From a virus, in IMG/VR virus record IMGVR_UViG_3300045988_147030, positions 1 through 34,039 of that record: a stretch of DNA of 34,039 bases; one strand, written 5' to 3'. The translations under genes were made by a program, and so were the position numbers. A model generated the notes under the pieces. The model was given only the letters and a program-made list of their open reading frames with translations. It was not told the DNA's origin and did no database searches. Below, one piece after another: positions 15,124-24,977 of this stretch; position 1 is the stretch's first letter; each line of letters starts with the position of its first letter.

Positions 15124-15417
15124 TCACCAGCCTTGCTTTTTTACTATATCCAACAGGCGACCGATAGACCGCTCCTTCTGCTCCGTAGACAACTTCTGCG
15201 TTTTCGATACCTTCACAACATCCCACGGCATCGGCCAGAAGTCAGCAGGGTCCCTAATCTGATCCTTCCTTCTGAGTTGGACGTTGAACAGCCTCAACGC
15301 CGCGCCCCTCGCCAGCTCCCCCAGATGCCGTGCGTTCGCCTCCTCCTTTCGTCCGTAGGCCCTGACCGCCTCCCAGAACTCACCAACGGGCATGTCATAG
15401 AACTCCGCCCGCGTCAT
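15124..15417 (-). CDS. Tail assembly chaperone (gpT-like position)
   Basis: 97 aa. It lies in the -1 frame relative to the upstream chaperone ORF, with an ATGA overlap. Confidence 0.55.
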   Translation of the reverse strand: MTRAEFYDMPVGEFWEAVRAYGRKEEANARHLGELARGAALRLFNVQLRRKDQIRDPADFWPMPWDVVKVSKTQKLSTEQKERSIGRLLDIVKKQGW

Positions 15418-15716
15418 TCCCAGAAGGCCGAAAGCGACAGCTCCTTGAAGATGGCCGCCACCGCTGCGGGCACCTCGACCAACGACTCCGGAGAGGCTCC
15501 GACATCATCTGGGGTTATCCTCTCATCCTTCCCGGCCTGGCGCAGCCCCTCGTTCACGCACGCGGCCACAAGAGCCGTACAGTCGGATGGGGACAGCCTG
15601 TCGATATTGACCAGGCCGTCTATGGTGTCACGCCCCACATAGCCCAGATAGGCCGCCACGGCGTTGAAGTTCGCCGCCGCCGGATAAATCCGGCCATTCA
15701 CCTTCACATCAACCAT
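15414..15716 (-). CDS. Tail assembly chaperone (gpG-like position)
   Basis: The ATG at 15716 starts MVDVKVNGRIY.... The gene lies between the major tail and tape measure genes. Confidence 0.55.
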   Translation of the reverse strand: MVDVKVNGRIYPAAANFNAVAAYLGYVGRDTIDGLVNIDRLSPSDCTALVAACVNEGLRQAGKDERITPDDVGASPESLVEVPAAVAAIFKELSLSAFWE

Positions 15717-15718
15717 GG

Positions 15719-16126
15719 CTAAGCGCTTTTTGTCATGGCTCCGGACACCTTGAAGTTCATCGTCCAGCTCGCGGTGTCCTCTGAGTTGGAGCTCTCGGTG
15801 TAGCCCGTGCATACGCAGTTTCCCGTGTATGAATTGCCGCCGGCGCAGGAATACACGAACGGGATGACAGCCGCGGAACCGGTCTTCAACGCCATCTCAA
15901 TAAGGTCGTCGCGGCCCAATTTTGACGTTGCCCCCGTCACCGATACCTCAACCATGCCCTGAGCCGCGAAAGTCACCTCCTGACCGATGACCATTGACTG
16001 CTTGTTGCCCTGGTCATCCTTGGTGATGCTCTCCTTCGTTGTCGGGGTGATCGTCAGGTCATCCTGAGTGCGCCCCGCGAGCGTCTTATTGTTCAACTTG
16101 AACGCTATGTTGTAACCTTCTACCAT
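15719..16126 (-). CDS. Major tail protein
   Basis: 135 aa, beta-rich, in the canonical position upstream of the chaperones. Confidence 0.65.
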   Translation of the reverse strand: MVEGYNIAFKLNNKTLAGRTQDDLTITPTTKESITKDDQGNKQSMVIGQEVTFAAQGMVEVSVTGATSKLGRDDLIEMALKTGSAAVIPFVYSCAGGNSYTGNCVCTGYTESSNSEDTASWTMNFKVSGAMTKSA

Positions 16127-16140
16127 AATTTTGAATATTT

Positions 16141-16500
16141 CTAATTATATTGCGTTATCTGAAACCTGACCTCGCTCCGCCACACGCCCTCGACGCAGGT
16201 GTCAGCCCTTGACACGGTGAACGTCCTGAACGTCTCATTATTCATCGCGGCGAGCACGGCGGCCTCTATCTTTTCAGCCAGCGGCCTCGTGTCTCCGAAA
16301 CTCTTGCCGTAGACCGTGACCGGAACATTCGAGACTATCTTATAGACTCCATCCTTCGTGCGGTAATATTCATGCGAATGCTCGTACACCGCGTAAGGGT
16401 AAACGCCGGTCTCGGCCTCGTACAATGAAATCGGGGCAATCCCCTTGACCGCCGCCACAAGCGTCCTGCCTATCTTGTCGTCAAAGTTTGTCGATGTCAT
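16141..16500 (-). CDS. Tail completion/terminator protein
   Basis: 119 aa; called by synteny between the neck and major tail genes. Confidence 0.5.
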   Translation of the reverse strand: MTSTNFDDKIGRTLVAAVKGIAPISLYEAETGVYPYAVYEHSHEYYRTKDGVYKIVSNVPVTVYGKSFGDTRPLAEKIEAAVLAAMNNETFRTFTVSRADTCVEGVWRSEVRFQITQYN

Positions 16501-16987
16501 AGCCCTGCTTTTTCAAGGAATCATTAAATTCGGTCATGAACACATTCTCCCACCCCTCGGCTGCCTCCTCGAAGAATCCGGTCGGATACTGACCCATGTC
16601 GTTGCGCCTCAAACGCCCGTTGGCTGAGTCCTTGCTCTTGACCGGATAGTCGAACTTGTGGTCTGGATCGCGCCTCGCCAAAGTGCCGTAATCCGCCCAA
16701 TATGCCTTGAACCAGTCGCTGACCTTCTTCCCGTTCGGCTGGTGTCCCTGCGCCTCGTGCCCGTTGTACAGACCCATATCGGCATAGAAGTCACCACCCC
16801 TCGACATCTTGGCCTTCGACTTCACCAGCTTCTTCCAGCGTGCCGGAATCTGACGCTTGAACTTGGCCGCCACCTTGCGTCCCGCTGATGCCATCGCCTT
16901 CTTCCCCGCCTTCTGGAGCTCCTTGGGAGCCCCGTCAAACATACGGAGAACATCCTCGACACCGTCTATCCTTATCGCCTTTGCCAT
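16481..16987 (-). CDS. HK97 gp10-like head-tail joining protein
   Basis: 168 aa; called by synteny and its N-terminal MAKAIRIDG...L..F style. Confidence 0.5.
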   Translation of the reverse strand: MAKAIRIDGVEDVLRMFDGAPKELQKAGKKAMASAGRKVAAKFKRQIPARWKKLVKSKAKMSRGGDFYADMGLYNGHEAQGHQPNGKKVSDWFKAYWADYGTLARRDPDHKFDYPVKSKDSANGRLRRNDMGQYPTGFFEEAAEGWENVFMTEFNDSLKKQGYDIDKL

Positions 16988-16988
16988 A

Positions 16989-17312
16989 TCACTCTATCGA
17001 CCTGACAGACAATTTGCATACAGGAGAAAGCCGCGACACTAGGTCTATCCCCTCAATGGCGTAAGGGACACCGCCAATGATGACGCGCCACCTCGTTGTC
17101 AACTCGGACACCTTCCACAGGGTCAGGGTCAAAGCTTGACCCTGCTCCAGGTTGCCGTTGTCTATCACCTCGTCGATGTCGCGCTCAACCTTGGCGAACG
17201 CCTCGCGCACGCACTGCCAGTTGTAGATCTTCTCGCCGGTGTCGCCGGTGGTGATCTCGCAGCGTTGCAGCCGCACCTTCGTGTCAAAGTCGCCTATGCC
17301 CCAATTCTCCAT
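16989..17312 (-). CDS. Head-tail adaptor / head closure protein
   Basis: 107 aa; called by synteny. Confidence 0.55.
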   Translation of the reverse strand: MENWGIGDFDTKVRLQRCEITTGDTGEKIYNWQCVREAFAKVERDIDEVIDNGNLEQGQALTLTLWKVSELTTRWRVIIGGVPYAIEGIDLVSRLSPVCKLSVRSIE

Positions 17313-17314
17313 AA

Positions 17315-17803
17315 CTACAGCTCATAATTGCGGTAAGGCCGCAGAAGCGCGGCGGATGCCTTTGGAAGCGTCTCCACGCTGTCCAGCGGATTACTGAAAA
17401 GCGATGATGCGATCAGGAGGATGGCGTTCATCAGGTCATCCGGCACCTGTTCCATGCCGGAAGTCCAGACGACCTCCGCCTCATCGCCCGTCATAGACGG
17501 GTCAAAGCGCACTGAGGACACCGACCGCAACGCGGTCCAGCCTTCTGAAAGAGGGACCCCGTCCACCGCCACGGACTCCACCGCCAGAAGCGGGGAATCC
17601 AGGCGGATTTCGGGTGAAAAAGGGAATATGTCGGAGAAACGAGACCTGAAGACGACACGCCCTATCTGGTGCTCGGCGGAGCGCACGGCGGCGCAAAGCT
17701 TCTGCCGCAGCTCGTCGTCCAGATCGCAGGAGGTGAGTCTCAGATGGCTTTTCAGCCTTTCGAGCCCCTCCCAAAGCATATCATCGTCAAAATCCCGTCT
17801 CAT
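17315..17803 (-). CDS. Head-tail connector (gp6-like) protein
   Basis: 162 aa, immediately after the capsid gene. Confidence 0.55.
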   Translation of the reverse strand: MRRDFDDDMLWEGLERLKSHLRLTSCDLDDELRQKLCAAVRSAEHQIGRVVFRSRFSDIFPFSPEIRLDSPLLAVESVAVDGVPLSEGWTALRSVSSVRFDPSMTGDEAEVVWTSGMEQVPDDLMNAILLIASSLFSNPLDSVETLPKASAALLRPYRNYEL

Positions 17804-17808
17804 CTATT

Positions 17809-19059
17809 TTAGTCGGTCGTTATGTCCACGATGGCCGCGAAGCTCTTAGGCTCGACAACCTTGATATCATTCCATGCGTTCAGGGTGAGATAGATCTCAC
17901 CGTTGCGCGCTCCGGTGTACGGGTCGACAACGATGTCTATTCCACCCCACTGGCCGATATAGAGATCCTGGAAGTTACCGAAGATGAGCGCTGAGCACTT
18001 GGACGCGGCCGTTCCCTTGGTCAAAGTTGACGGAACGAGATTCGTCCAATCAAAAGGATAGCCGTTCAGGGTCTTAGGCGCCTCATTTGACAGCAGGAAG
18101 CGCGCGGTGCCCGCCGCCATCTCTGTGACCTTCAACGCACCGTTAACCTTCGCGTTGGAAAGATAGGCCATCCTGCCGCGGTTGGCGTTCTTGGAGTTAA
18201 CCTCGGTCTCCAGAGCAACGACATTCTTCCACGTTAGCGCGCCACCGTTCGTGCCAATAGCCACACTTCCGATGCCGGAGGTGTTCAGGATTCCGGTAGG
18301 CTCCCCGTCACTTCCGGAGCCGTTGATGGCCGCCTTCTCCAGAAGGTCGGCGTGCGCGTCGGTGATCTTGTTTAACAAATCGGCCTCTACGTCAAAGGAG
18401 GTCTGCCTGAGCAGGTCCTTTGTCGTGGCCACGGACACGGATGACCTGTGCGGGGTCATGGTCAATTTGGAATAGGTCACCTTCTTGAGCTCGTTCTTGT
18501 CAGCCTCGCCTTCCCATGCGGCCTGAACCGCAGAAGAGCTGATGGCCGTGAACGTCCCCACGAGGTCGGTCAGCACGGTCGCTCCCAGACCGGCCACGAC
18601 CAGTTTGTCCCTGAGGATGTCAAGGTAGCGCCTTTCGCCCTCCTCGGTGAGATTGCCGCCATCCGCGGCAGTCGTGTAGTTCTGGCCGCTGGCGGCGCGA
18701 AGATAAGCGGACGGGATGACGTGCCCCTGACGGACCAGTCCCAGACGCTCATACTCTTTCGCTCCCATCTCGTCAACCTCTTTCTCGATGCCCTCCAGAT
18801 TGCCGGAAACAATCCCGGCTATGTAACGCACCAACGAGAACGGCCTTCCGGCCACCCTCTGCCTTCTGTCAAGCTCCCTGTCGGCAGCCTGCTGCGCGGC
18901 GGCCTCCACGGCCTCCGCCTGTTCCAACTCAAGCATCAGAGCCTTGAGCTCCTCGATCCCTTTCTTGAGGGCCTCGGCGTTCTCAGGGCTGTTCTGAATG
19001 CCCTTGACCTCCGCGGCCTTGGCCGCGAGATCCCTTCTGATTTCCGCTATTTTTCTCAT
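17809..19059 (-). CDS. Major capsid protein (HK97 fold)
   Basis: 416 aa with an N-terminal coiled-coil delta-like domain. It follows the prohead protease. Confidence 0.85.
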   Translation of the reverse strand: MRKIAEIRRDLAAKAAEVKGIQNSPENAEALKKGIEELKALMLELEQAEAVEAAAQQAADRELDRRQRVAGRPFSLVRYIAGIVSGNLEGIEKEVDEMGAKEYERLGLVRQGHVIPSAYLRAASGQNYTTAADGGNLTEEGERRYLDILRDKLVVAGLGATVLTDLVGTFTAISSSAVQAAWEGEADKNELKKVTYSKLTMTPHRSSVSVATTKDLLRQTSFDVEADLLNKITDAHADLLEKAAINGSGSDGEPTGILNTSGIGSVAIGTNGGALTWKNVVALETEVNSKNANRGRMAYLSNAKVNGALKVTEMAAGTARFLLSNEAPKTLNGYPFDWTNLVPSTLTKGTAASKCSALIFGNFQDLYIGQWGGIDIVVDPYTGARNGEIYLTLNAWNDIKVVEPKSFAAIVDITTD

Positions 19060-19074
19060 GATGAAAAGAATATA

Positions 19075-19737
19075 TTAAAGCAGAGCTGCCTCTGCCATTG
19101 TCAACTGTCTTTCAACCTCAACGCCCAGCGACGAAAGTTCCGCGCCTTGTGTCTCGTCTTTTTCTTCCTGCCTTCTAAGCTCGGCCATTTCCTCATCACT
19201 CGCCTCGATTGACTTTTTCAAAGCATTCGGGTTGGCGGGAATATTCACAACCGACACCTCGAGCAACTCCTGACCGGCATAGTAGTAAGTCGGGTTCTTT
19301 CCGTCCAGAGCCTCCTCGCCCTTTCCCCAGCTGCCCTTGCCCTTCGGAAGGAAACCCACCGACACGGCCTTCAGGCTGCCGAACAGAAGCTTGTTGTAGA
19401 TCTTGTCGGCGAGCTCGTTTATCTCCTTAGGCTCAAAGTCCACATCCACGTACAGCTTGCCGTCCTTGGTGTACGCCCGCCCCTTTCCTATGACGTTATC
19501 GGGGTTCTCCGTGTCATCCCATCCGCCATAGACCTTGTGCTGATAGCCTATGATTCCGTTCTTGTTGAACCGGTCAAGCGACCACCCATCCTGATTGAGG
19601 ACAGTCCCGTGCGAGTCCCTCGTGGAGTCCGACGCCACGAATGTGATCCGTCTTGAATCCTGCTTTTTCGCCTCAACCACGGCATCGTCCGCCGTCCTGA
19701 AAAATATCTTATCCATTGTCGTCTGTGTTTTCTTCAT
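19075..19737 (-). CDS. Prohead protease (HK97 family)
   Basis: The ATG at 19737 starts MKKTQTTMDKIFF.... The motif SDSTRDSHGTVL is present, and the gene lies between portal and capsid. Confidence 0.8.
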   Translation of the reverse strand: MKKTQTTMDKIFFRTADDAVVEAKKQDSRRITFVASDSTRDSHGTVLNQDGWSLDRFNKNGIIGYQHKVYGGWDDTENPDNVIGKGRAYTKDGKLYVDVDFEPKEINELADKIYNKLLFGSLKAVSVGFLPKGKGSWGKGEEALDGKNPTYYYAGQELLEVSVVNIPANPNALKKSIEASDEEMAELRRQEEKDETQGAELSSLGVEVERQLTMAEAALL

Positions 19738-20923
19738 TTTCCTTACCCACCACGCCCGAATTGAGCGGATAAAGCATGTCATCAAGGCCGTCCTTGTGCT
19801 GTAAGCCCTCAAGCGCCCTGACCTCATTCCTCGACATATAGCCGTCAAGGATGGCGTTATGGTAGTAACTCGACCGCGCGGCCGTGTCGCCACGCAACAG
19901 GCCGCCAAGACCGAACTCGACGTCATAGAGCCCCACCTCGTCCGTAAAGAACATCTTGGTCCTCAACTCGACCTCCAGCCGCTTGATGATCGGCCGCAGC
20001 GTATATTCCACGAACTGGATCGTCTGATGCTCGATGTTGCTGAACGTGGCGTGCGAAAGTTCCGCTATCATGTGCGGCGGAATGTTAAGTATCCGCGCCA
20101 CGTCTTGAATGGAAAGGGTTTCGCTCTGGATCAGCTGAGCAGCCACCGGATTGACCGAAAGTTGCTTGTATTTTATGCCATATTCCAAAAGCGGGGTGCC
20201 GAAATTACCCTCCGACGCCGCCTTGAAGTGCTCTATGAACTTGTTATATGCGTCATCTCCAAGGTTGCCGTCAGTCTCCAGAACCGCACGGATGTTTCCC
20301 TTGCGCGTGTAGAACTCGCTTCCGAACTTCTCGGTGGCCAGATTCTTTCCCAAAGCGATGGCGTTGTAAATCACCGGATTGACACCCGTAAGCCCGTCAA
20401 GGGTCAGAAGCATGAAGTGCAGCACATCATCTCCGCTGTAAGTGCCGTTAAGCCACGAGAGCCCCGGATCGGGGATGATGACGCGATACCACCTCCTGCC
20501 TTCCGAAAGCGTGGCCGTGACGTAGGACGGGTGTACCTGATGGATCGAAACCGGACGTCCGTCCGCACCCCTTCGGATGACAGCGTAGGCGTTGCCCCAT
20601 CCCTCCAGCCACGTGGTCATGCAGTTCCAGAAGTCGAACGTGTTTGTGTAATCATTCGGCTTGACAGCGACAAGCCTGTAGGCCGGATGGCCATCAGCCG
20701 AAGCCAGCCCTTTGTCCGTCTTCTTGCGGACGGAGCGCGGCAAAGACGCGATATTCTCGGAGATCAGGCGAATACCGGCATAGAACGCCGTTATCTTCAT
20801 CGCCGTGGAGTTGCTGACCGGCTGGCCGTAGTCCACAGGAGGCGGCACAATGACACTGCCGGACGGGGCGACGGTCACAGACCGCCTCCTCGCGCCTCCG
20901 AATATGCTGCTGAATATCGACAT
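19709..20923 (-). CDS. Portal protein
   Basis: The first ATG is at 20923; the track start at 20932 is TTG. About 404 aa, in the portal position of the TerL-portal-protease-capsid order. Confidence 0.85.
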   Translation of the reverse strand: MSIFSSIFGGARRRSVTVAPSGSVIVPPPVDYGQPVSNSTAMKITAFYAGIRLISENIASLPRSVRKKTDKGLASADGHPAYRLVAVKPNDYTNTFDFWNCMTTWLEGWGNAYAVIRRGADGRPVSIHQVHPSYVTATLSEGRRWYRVIIPDPGLSWLNGTYSGDDVLHFMLLTLDGLTGVNPVIYNAIALGKNLATEKFGSEFYTRKGNIRAVLETDGNLGDDAYNKFIEHFKAASEGNFGTPLLEYGIKYKQLSVNPVAAQLIQSETLSIQDVARILNIPPHMIAELSHATFSNIEHQTIQFVEYTLRPIIKRLEVELRTKMFFTDEVGLYDVEFGLGGLLRGDTAARSSYYHNAILDGYMSRNEVRALEGLQHKDGLDDMLYPLNSGVVGKENEENTDDNG

Positions 20924-20983
20924 CGCCCGCAAGATAGCAAGCGGACGCGGTTAAAATGTGGAAAATTCTACCAAAGTGAAAGC

Positions 20984-21199
20984 CTATCTGCGATATTCCC
21001 TGGAATGCCTGAAAGTGTCATACGACACGAAGCGCGGCTCCCCGAACTCGGCCACGAACAGACCGTTCAGGAAATCGAACACCTCGCGCCTCGAAGTCGT
21101 CTGTTTCACAGCCCGGCGGCGGCGCAGCTCCGCCCAGAACTCCTTGGCGAAGCCGTCTCTCGTGACCATCCGCCAGACCCTTTCGTCAATCTCTCTCAT
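20984..21199 (-). CDS. Hypothetical protein (71 aa)
   Basis: The ATG at 21199 forms an ATGA overlap with the TerL stop codon. Confidence 0.5.
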   Translation of the reverse strand: MREIDERVWRMVTRDGFAKEFWAELRRRRAVKQTTSRREVFDFLNGLFVAEFGEPRFVSYDTFRHSREYRR

Positions 21200-22851
21200 A
21201 TCACCCTTAAATCGTGGTTTGAATATATTATTTTGCTTTCCTGCCCCGCCGTTTCGTTCAACCATCCTCCTATCGCGTCCACGGTAGCCACAACCCCGTC
21301 AATCTTGTTCCTCGACCTTGCCTTGTCAAGCTTTATATTTGCGTTCGGATCCCGGTACACCACAACGTTTCGGAACATCCACCGGATGACTGGATTTCCC
21401 AAGAGATCCAGCTCGTGACGCAAGACCGCAGCCTCCAGCCACTTTGTCGGCACGGACATATAGCGGATGTTCTGCTGATACTCCATCAGGCGGTCGCAAT
21501 ACCGCCCGAACTTCGGCAGTATGTTCCAGATAGCCCACGGGTCATAAGCTATCTTTTTGACATCATACAAGTCCATCCAAGAGATCAGCGTCTGAATGTA
21601 CCAGTCCTCGTCCAACGTCTTGCCGGGCGTGACGACAAGCCAGCCCTGGTCCCTCCACTGCCGGTAGTCCACACGGTCGGACATCTCGGCCACCTTGGAC
21701 TCCGGAACGCAGAAAAGATAACGCACGGCCTTGAAGGACGGGAACCAGAAGGCCGCCGCCGTGATGTCATTCTTTGAAGCTAGATCCAATCCCACATAGC
21801 ACTCCTTCCCGAGAAGGACGGACGGGTCAAGCCCCTTGCCGTTGGCGGTCACATCATCATCGCTTATCCAGACCTCCGGAGCGTCCACCCACATATTCAG
21901 GTTCTTCGTACAGAAGGCCGCAAGAGTGCTTCCGCCCTTCTTCTTCGCCTCCTGAAACTCGTTCTCCATATACTCCGGGTAAAGAGACACCCCGTAATTC
22001 GGATTCACCTTGCGCCAGACCTCCGGATCGTCCCATCTGTCACCATCGTCTGGCTCAAAGAGCATTATGAAGTGGTTGTCCTTCTCCTGGACCCCGCTCA
22101 TCACGTCCCTGAGAAACTCCAGATCTCGGAAATACGGATAACTGGTGTCCACGCCAGCCGTGGATATAGAGAACACAAGCGGCTGCCTCCTCGAGCCGAT
22201 ACCCGTCTTGATTACATCATAGATCTCGTTAGTCTTCCATGCGTGCCGCTCATCGCAGATGGCGGCCTGCGGGTTCAAGCCGTCCTTGTTCTTAGTGTCC
22301 TTTGTCAGCGGCTTGAATGATGACGCAGTCGGGATGCTGGTGATGCTCCCGCGGTACACATCGGCGATCTCCGACAATCCGCTGTGACGAAGTAATTCCT
22401 TCGCCGTGTCGAAGCATATCTTGGCCTGTTCCTTGTCGACGGCGGCGGCGTACACCTCGGCGGCCGGCTCTCCGTCAAAAAGAAGCATATAAAGGGCGAT
22501 TATGGCCGCGAATGTGGTCTTGCCGTTCTTTCTTGGCACATATACATCGGCGTACTGATAGCGGCGGCGCTTGGTCGCCGAACGATACCAGCCGAACACA
22601 TTCGCAGCCACAAAGAGCTGCCAGTCCTCCAGCCTTATGCCCTTTCCCGCAAATTCCCCCTTGAAATGCTTCAACGTCTGAGCGAAACGGACGAAACGCA
22701 GGAATTTAGACTCGTCAAAGTACAGATCAGCCCTTTTCTTGTCATTCTCGTACCTCTCACAGGCGAGCCGCACCATCCGGCAGGACGGAACAGCCCCGGA
22801 CACTATGTCCGCGGCATACCGATCCACCCTTTCCAGATACCTACTGCTCAT
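21196..22851 (-). CDS. terL: Terminase large subunit
   Basis: The first ATG is at 22851; the track start at 22860 is GTG. It has a Walker A-like PRKNGKTT motif and a C-terminal nuclease region. Confidence 0.9.
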   Translation of the reverse strand: MSSRYLERVDRYAADIVSGAVPSCRMVRLACERYENDKKRADLYFDESKFLRFVRFAQTLKHFKGEFAGKGIRLEDWQLFVAANVFGWYRSATKRRRYQYADVYVPRKNGKTTFAAIIALYMLLFDGEPAAEVYAAAVDKEQAKICFDTAKELLRHSGLSEIADVYRGSITSIPTASSFKPLTKDTKNKDGLNPQAAICDERHAWKTNEIYDVIKTGIGSRRQPLVFSISTAGVDTSYPYFRDLEFLRDVMSGVQEKDNHFIMLFEPDDGDRWDDPEVWRKVNPNYGVSLYPEYMENEFQEAKKKGGSTLAAFCTKNLNMWVDAPEVWISDDDVTANGKGLDPSVLLGKECYVGLDLASKNDITAAAFWFPSFKAVRYLFCVPESKVAEMSDRVDYRQWRDQGWLVVTPGKTLDEDWYIQTLISWMDLYDVKKIAYDPWAIWNILPKFGRYCDRLMEYQQNIRYMSVPTKWLEAAVLRHELDLLGNPVIRWMFRNVVVYRDPNANIKLDKARSRNKIDGVVATVDAIGGWLNETAGQESKIIYSNHDLRVI

Positions 22852-23374
22852 CAGGCTCACCTCCCCCCATTATCAGGTTGATGATCTTGGCGGACGGGTC
22901 CTCGCCCTCGACCCTCGCCTTTATCCTCTGGCGGTCAACCGGCGAAAGCCCGAAGTTCGACCCGATCTTGGCAACGTGGTTGAAAAATCTGTCCATATGC
23001 CGTACGGACGGGTTCTCGACGGTGCCGCACACATTGCCGGCCTCGTCGCGCTTGACAGTATACATCCCGTTCTTCTCGACATCCGCCGCCGCCGTCATAT
23101 ACATATCGAACTCCTTAGCGAACATCACCAGCTCCGGGAGGTACGCCTGCTCCAGAATCCCCAGCGGTATGAGCTGTCGGCAGACCGACAGATATATCTT
23201 CCTTTGCCGCTCCGTCAGAAGCCTGTAAGACATCGTCCCGCACGCGGCCTGGATGCTGCCGACCTTCCGGCCTTCCAGATCACCGTCATTCTTGCGCCTG
23301 CAAGCCTGATAAGTGCCCTTTAACTTAGCGAGTTGCGCTGGCTGTTTTTTGCGTCCGCTTCCATTACCTCCCAT
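22841..23374 (-). CDS. terS: Terminase small subunit (P27-like)
   Basis: 177 aa with N-terminal GGNGSGRKKQP. It lies directly upstream of terL. Confidence 0.8.
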   Translation of the reverse strand: MGGNGSGRKKQPAQLAKLKGTYQACRRKNDGDLEGRKVGSIQAACGTMSYRLLTERQRKIYLSVCRQLIPLGILEQAYLPELVMFAKEFDMYMTAAADVEKNGMYTVKRDEAGNVCGTVENPSVRHMDRFFNHVAKIGSNFGLSPVDRQRIKARVEGEDPSAKIINLIMGGGEPDEQ

Positions 23375-23376
23375 AA

Positions 23377-23871
23377 CTATTTGAGTTTTTGCGCATTCAA
23401 AACCCCTTGGCGATTTTCAGCACTCGCGTCTTCGAAACTGGAGGTGTGGTCTTGGAAAGGATCGGCTGAGAGATTCGAAGCCCCCTCCCCCTTCCGGCGC
23501 AAGGCGGCTGCCACGCCAGGCGCACCCTTGACGCGCCCGTCATAGGCTCTCCCGTGCGTCCTACGCCACTCTGATATAATCACTTTATCCCGATTACCTT
23601 TAGCGATGTTGCAATCAGCACAGAGGCTCTGAAGGTTGCTCTCATCGAAGAAGTCACGACACACCGGGAACGGCGTGATATGGTCAACGACCTCGGCCTC
23701 CTTCAACCTTCCGTTCCTCGCGCACTCCGCGCAAAGCGGGTGCGACTGCCTGAACGCCCTGCTCAGTCTCGTCCACCTATAGGTGTGATACAAGTCACTT
23801 GACCTCTTACGCTGATAGCCACCGCAATCAGCGTCCTTGCGCTCATTTGACTCCCAAGCCAGCACCATCAT
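23377..23871 (-). CDS. HNH endonuclease (packaging-associated)
   Basis: Contains CAEC...VDHI...CADCN. It lies upstream of terS, as in HK97-like cos phages. Confidence 0.85.
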   Translation of the reverse strand: MMVLAWESNERKDADCGGYQRKRSSDLYHTYRWTRLSRAFRQSHPLCAECARNGRLKEAEVVDHITPFPVCRDFFDESNLQSLCADCNIAKGNRDKVIISEWRRTHGRAYDGRVKGAPGVAAALRRKGEGASNLSADPFQDHTSSFEDASAENRQGVLNAQKLK

Positions 23872-24533
23872 CTGTCCTCCCTGTTGAATGTGACAATCTT
23901 ATCGAAGTAATCCTTATAGAACAGATAAAGGCCGCGGTCTATCGACAAGCTCGCCTGTTCCGTCCTTGGATTGGTGTCGAAGTTCGCGGATGTCTGCAAA
24001 CCGAAAGCGAACTTGTCACCGACACCGGCGATGATCTTGGAGTGGTTCCTGAATATGGCTATACGCCCGCGGTCGGGGTGGGCGGCATACCATTCATGCA
24101 GCTGATTCCACACCGCCGCGTAACTTCCTTTGAATATCTCACCGACATACAGATCCATCCTCCCGATACTCCCATCCTCCAGCCACGTGATGATCTGGAA
24201 AGCGTCACCGGCTGACATACACCAAGTGGAAAGGATGCAATGCGTCAACCTTTGAGACCTCAACAAAGCCTTCAAATAAGACATGCCGTCAATATCACCC
24301 GCGGTCAGGAAGTTGTAACAGTGCCCAACCTTGAAGTCGAAAGTTCCGAACAGATCCAGCAGCTTAACCTCTGAGTATGCGCGGCGATACAGATACTCCG
24401 GCGTAAACTCGTACATCGCCGCACGTTCACGCCGCTTGGGTTGCTCGTCCTCAACATCAACGCGCTCAACCCTGCGTGCGCTCCAGTCGTTGTCGTTAGA
24501 GAACAGACTGATCTCTTTCGTCTTATCATTCAT
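23868..24533 (-). CDS. PLD-superfamily (HKD motif) nuclease-like protein
   Basis: Contains NHSKIIAG...TSANF, a single HxK...SxN motif, in 221 aa. Confidence 0.55.
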   Translation of the reverse strand: MNDKTKEISLFSNDNDWSARRVERVDVEDEQPKRRERAAMYEFTPEYLYRRAYSEVKLLDLFGTFDFKVGHCYNFLTAGDIDGMSYLKALLRSQRLTHCILSTWCMSAGDAFQIITWLEDGSIGRMDLYVGEIFKGSYAAVWNQLHEWYAAHPDRGRIAIFRNHSKIIAGVGDKFAFGLQTSANFDTNPRTEQASLSIDRGLYLFYKDYFDKIVTFNREDR

Positions 24534-24545
24534 AGCCTGAAGAAT

Positions 24546-24974
24546 CTAATTAAACCGACCGAACACCAGCATCGCCGCATCCCTCGAATGCTCGGTAGTC
24601 CTTCCGTTGTAGCCGGTCACGGCGGCGAAACTGTCACGCGTCCACTTTGTCGCCCCCTTCAACGGGGCCACCAACTGGAACGGAATATTCATTCTTGAAA
24701 GGAAGTCCTCCCAGATCTTGGCGTCCCTCTTTACAGAACCGGCGCCAAGCCGCCGCGCCATCTCCTTGCGTACATCGTGCGTGTCCGGCACCCATTTTCT
24801 CAACCTCGCATCCTCAACGACGACGCAGATGTCCTGATATTCCGCCACAAGACCAAGCACACGGAATATAGCCTCATCTATCGTCACAGTGTCCAGCGAA
24901 AGCAGCTCCCTCTTCTTTGAGTCCCACACGGCCATCCCTGTGTTGACCCCCGTGTCTATACCAACCCAAATCAT
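24546..24974 (-). CDS. RuvC-like Holliday junction resolvase
   Basis: Starts MIWVGIDTG and contains EHSRDAAML, in 142 aa. Confidence 0.75.
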   Translation of the reverse strand: MIWVGIDTGVNTGMAVWDSKKRELLSLDTVTIDEAIFRVLGLVAEYQDICVVVEDARLRKWVPDTHDVRKEMARRLGAGSVKRDAKIWEDFLSRMNIPFQLVAPLKGATKWTRDSFAAVTGYNGRTTEHSRDAAMLVFGRFN

Positions 24975-24977
24975 AGC

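Noticed and set aside
15414-15470. Programmed -1 frameshift site joining the two tail chaperone ORFs
   Set aside because: The downstream ORF is in the -1 frame, as expected for a G/GT pair. However, I found no XXXYYYZ slippery heptamer, and the second ORF has its own ATG (ATGA overlap). A frameshift therefore cannot be asserted.
19859-21418. Long plus-strand ORFs: 519 aa here, and also 7165-8079, 8393-9172, 18448-19212, 26511-27332 and 29277-30209
   Set aside because: These are antisense shadows of GC-rich minus-strand genes. Their products are Arg/Pro/Gly-rich and low-complexity, and they overlap clearly recognisable genes.
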